Positions 62,543 to 64,000 of a stretch of DNA of 64,000 nucleotides are shown here, one piece after another; the first letter of the stretch is position 1, and each line of letters opens with the position of its first letter. The notes under the pieces were generated by a model. That model did no database searches. It was not told the origin of the DNA and worked only from the letters and a program-made list of their open reading frames with translations. The position numbers and the translations under genes were made by a program. The stretch comes from Dehalococcoidia bacterium (GTDB taxonomy: Bacteria > Chloroflexota > Dehalococcoidia > UBA2979), in assembly GCA_041674885.1 (NCBI GenBank), contig JBAYUZ010000001.1, positions 37,804-101,803 of the forward strand. Reading direction: 5' to 3'.

Positions 62543-64000
62543 ATGACTTCCACGCTCGAGCCGAAGCAGATTTTCGGCACCAGCCCGGTACGGCCCGACG
62601 GCATCGACAAGGTGACGGGTCGCGCGAACTACGGCGCCGACGTGCACCTGCCTCGGATGCTGTTCGCTCGTCTGAAGAAGAGCCCGCACGCGCACGCGAT
62701 CATCAAGAAGATCGATGTGTCGAAGGCCCTGGCGCTCCCGGGCGTCGAGGCGGTTGTGACGGCGGCCGACTTCCCGGACGTCACGATGGAGATGTCCGGC
62801 GCCGGCATGGGCGCGTCGCCTCGGAAGTTCCTCATCGGCAACTTCATCGCCGTCGACAAGGCGCTGTACTACGGCCACCCCGTGGCTGCGGTCGCCGCGA
62901 CGAACATCCACATCGCGGAGGACGCGCTCGACCTCATCGAGGTTGAGTACGAGGTGCTGCCGCCGGTGCTGACGGCCGAGCGCGCGATGGCGCCGGACGC
63001 GCCGATCCTGCACCCGGGCATGCGCACTGCGGAGCCGACCGGCGGCAAGGCCGAGGACCGCGACAGCAACGTCGCCGCGCACCTGCAGGTCGCGACCGGT
63101 GACGTGGAAGCGGGCTTCGCCGAGGCCGACGTGATCGTGGAGGATGAGTTCCACACCTCCACCGCGCACCAGGGCTACATTGAGCCGCACACCGCGACGG
63201 CGGACTGGCAGAACGACGGCTCGCTCGTCATCTACTCGTCCTCGCAGGGTTCGTTCCAGATCGTGCGCGACCCGCTGGCGACGATCCTGAAGATGCCCGC
63301 CTCCCGCATCCGTGCGGTGCCGATGGAGATCGGTGGCGGCTTCGGTGGCAAGAACCGCATCTACTGCGAGCCGATCGCGGCGATGCTGGCGAAGAAGGCC
63401 GGCAAGCCGGTCAAGCTGACCATGACCCGCGAAGAGGTCATCGAGGCCTCCGGCCCGACCTCTGGTACGTGGATCCGCGCGAAGCTGGGCACGAAGAAGG
63501 ACGGCACGTTCACCGCGTTCCAGATGTGGATCGCGTACGAGGCCGGTGGCTTCCCCGGCTCCAGCGTGGGCGGTGGCCTGAACACCTCGCTGGGCCAGTA
63601 CAAGATCGACAACGTGCTGATGGACGGCTACGACGTCCTGGTGAACCGCCCGCGCAACGCGGCCTACCGCGCCCCGGGTGTGCCGCAGCCGAACTTCGCC
63701 ATTGAGTCGCTGGTCGACATGACGGCGGAGAAGCTGGACATCGACCCGATCGACATCCGCATCCAGAACTCCTCCGGCGAGGGCACGCGCCGGCCGAACG
63801 GTGTCATCATTGGCCCGAACGGCAACCGCGAGGTGATGCAGGCGATCAAGAACAGCGCGCACTACCGCTCTGAGCTGACCGGCAAGAACCGCGGCCGCGG
63901 TGTGGCCATCGGCTTCTGGAACGCCGGTGCGGGTGCGCACAGCATGAACGCCACGCTGAACGCGGATGGCTCCGTCACCGTGAACCACGGTGCGGTCGAC
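62543..64000 (+). CDS. Xanthine dehydrogenase / aldehyde oxidase / CoxL-family molybdopterin-binding subunit. 5' portion; continues past the window end
   Basis: Not in the ORF track because it has no stop in the window. Hand translation gives MTSTLEPKQIFGTSPVRPDGIDKVTGRANYGADV...IEPHTATADW..., typical of this family. AAAGGGGTGG precedes the ATG. Confidence 0.8.
   Translation, partial: MTSTLEPKQIFGTSPVRPDGIDKVTGRANYGADVHLPRMLFARLKKSPHAHAIIKKIDVSKALALPGVEAVVTAADFPDVTMEMSGAGMGASPRKFLIGNFIAVDKALYYGHPVAAVAATNIHIAEDALDLIEVEYEVLPPVLTAERAMAPDAPILHPGMRTAEPTGGKAEDRDSNVAAHLQVATGDVEAGFAEADVIVEDEFHTSTAHQGYIEPHTATADWQNDGSLVIYSSSQGSFQIVRDPLATILKMPASRIRAVPMEIGGGFGGKNRIYCEPIAAMLAKKAGKPVKLTMTREEVIEASGPTSGTWIRAKLGTKKDGTFTAFQMWIAYEAGGFPGSSVGGGLNTSLGQYKIDNVLMDGYDVLVNRPRNAAYRAPGVPQPNFAIESLVDMTAEKLDIDPIDIRIQNSSGEGTRRPNGVIIGPNGNREVMQAIKNSAHYRSELTGKNRGRGVAIGFWNAGAGAHSMNATLNADGSVTVNHGAVD

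Overview
This is a high-GC window (well above 65% G+C by eye). Genes are densely packed, Shine-Dalgarno sites are mostly GGAGG-like, and many neighbouring genes overlap by 4 nt (ATGA/GTGA). I found no rRNA, tRNA, CRISPR array, transposase or integrase. The content is core and accessory metabolism of a high-GC Gram-positive-like bacterium. I cannot place the lineage from sequence alone (Actinobacteria, or Thermomicrobia/Chloroflexi-like). The dominant structure is a nitrogen/nickel super-locus on the minus strand: urea ABC transporter urtABCDE, then urease ureABC-FGD with no ureE. A Fur-family regulator (Nur-like) with a CbiM/NikM-type ECF Ni/Co transporter sits about 7 kb downstream. Other recognisable blocks: a truncated sirA/nirA-type sulfite/nitrite reductase at the 5' edge; pgi-zwf with a convergent tkt; a pssA-methyltransferase-psd phospholipid operon; an HDOD-GGDEF protein; cysH (APS reductase); metH (present as two abutting ORFs), metF and aroG; two CaiB/BaiF CoA-transferases (one a tandem fusion) next to menB and a hotdog thioesterase; and dus, LOG, a beta-CASP RNase, malate synthase, SDR, ornithine cyclodeaminase and a partial xanthine-dehydrogenase-family Mo subunit at the 3' edge. 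Most worth a second look: (1) two secreted cell-wall-hydrolase-like proteins 40 kb apart (M23, and CHAP+SH3b) share a ~75-aa C-terminal domain I do not recognise, with conserved terminal cysteines; (2) three unrelated genes (an MFS transporter, metH, malate synthase) each carry one in-frame stop and clear coding sequence continues after it; in malate synthase the TGA sits exactly at a universally conserved Trp codon; (3) candidate GlnR-type direct repeats upstream of ureA and urtA; (4) an unusual GtrA-like/large polytopic membrane protein fusion next to a DUF983 zinc-ribbon membrane protein.
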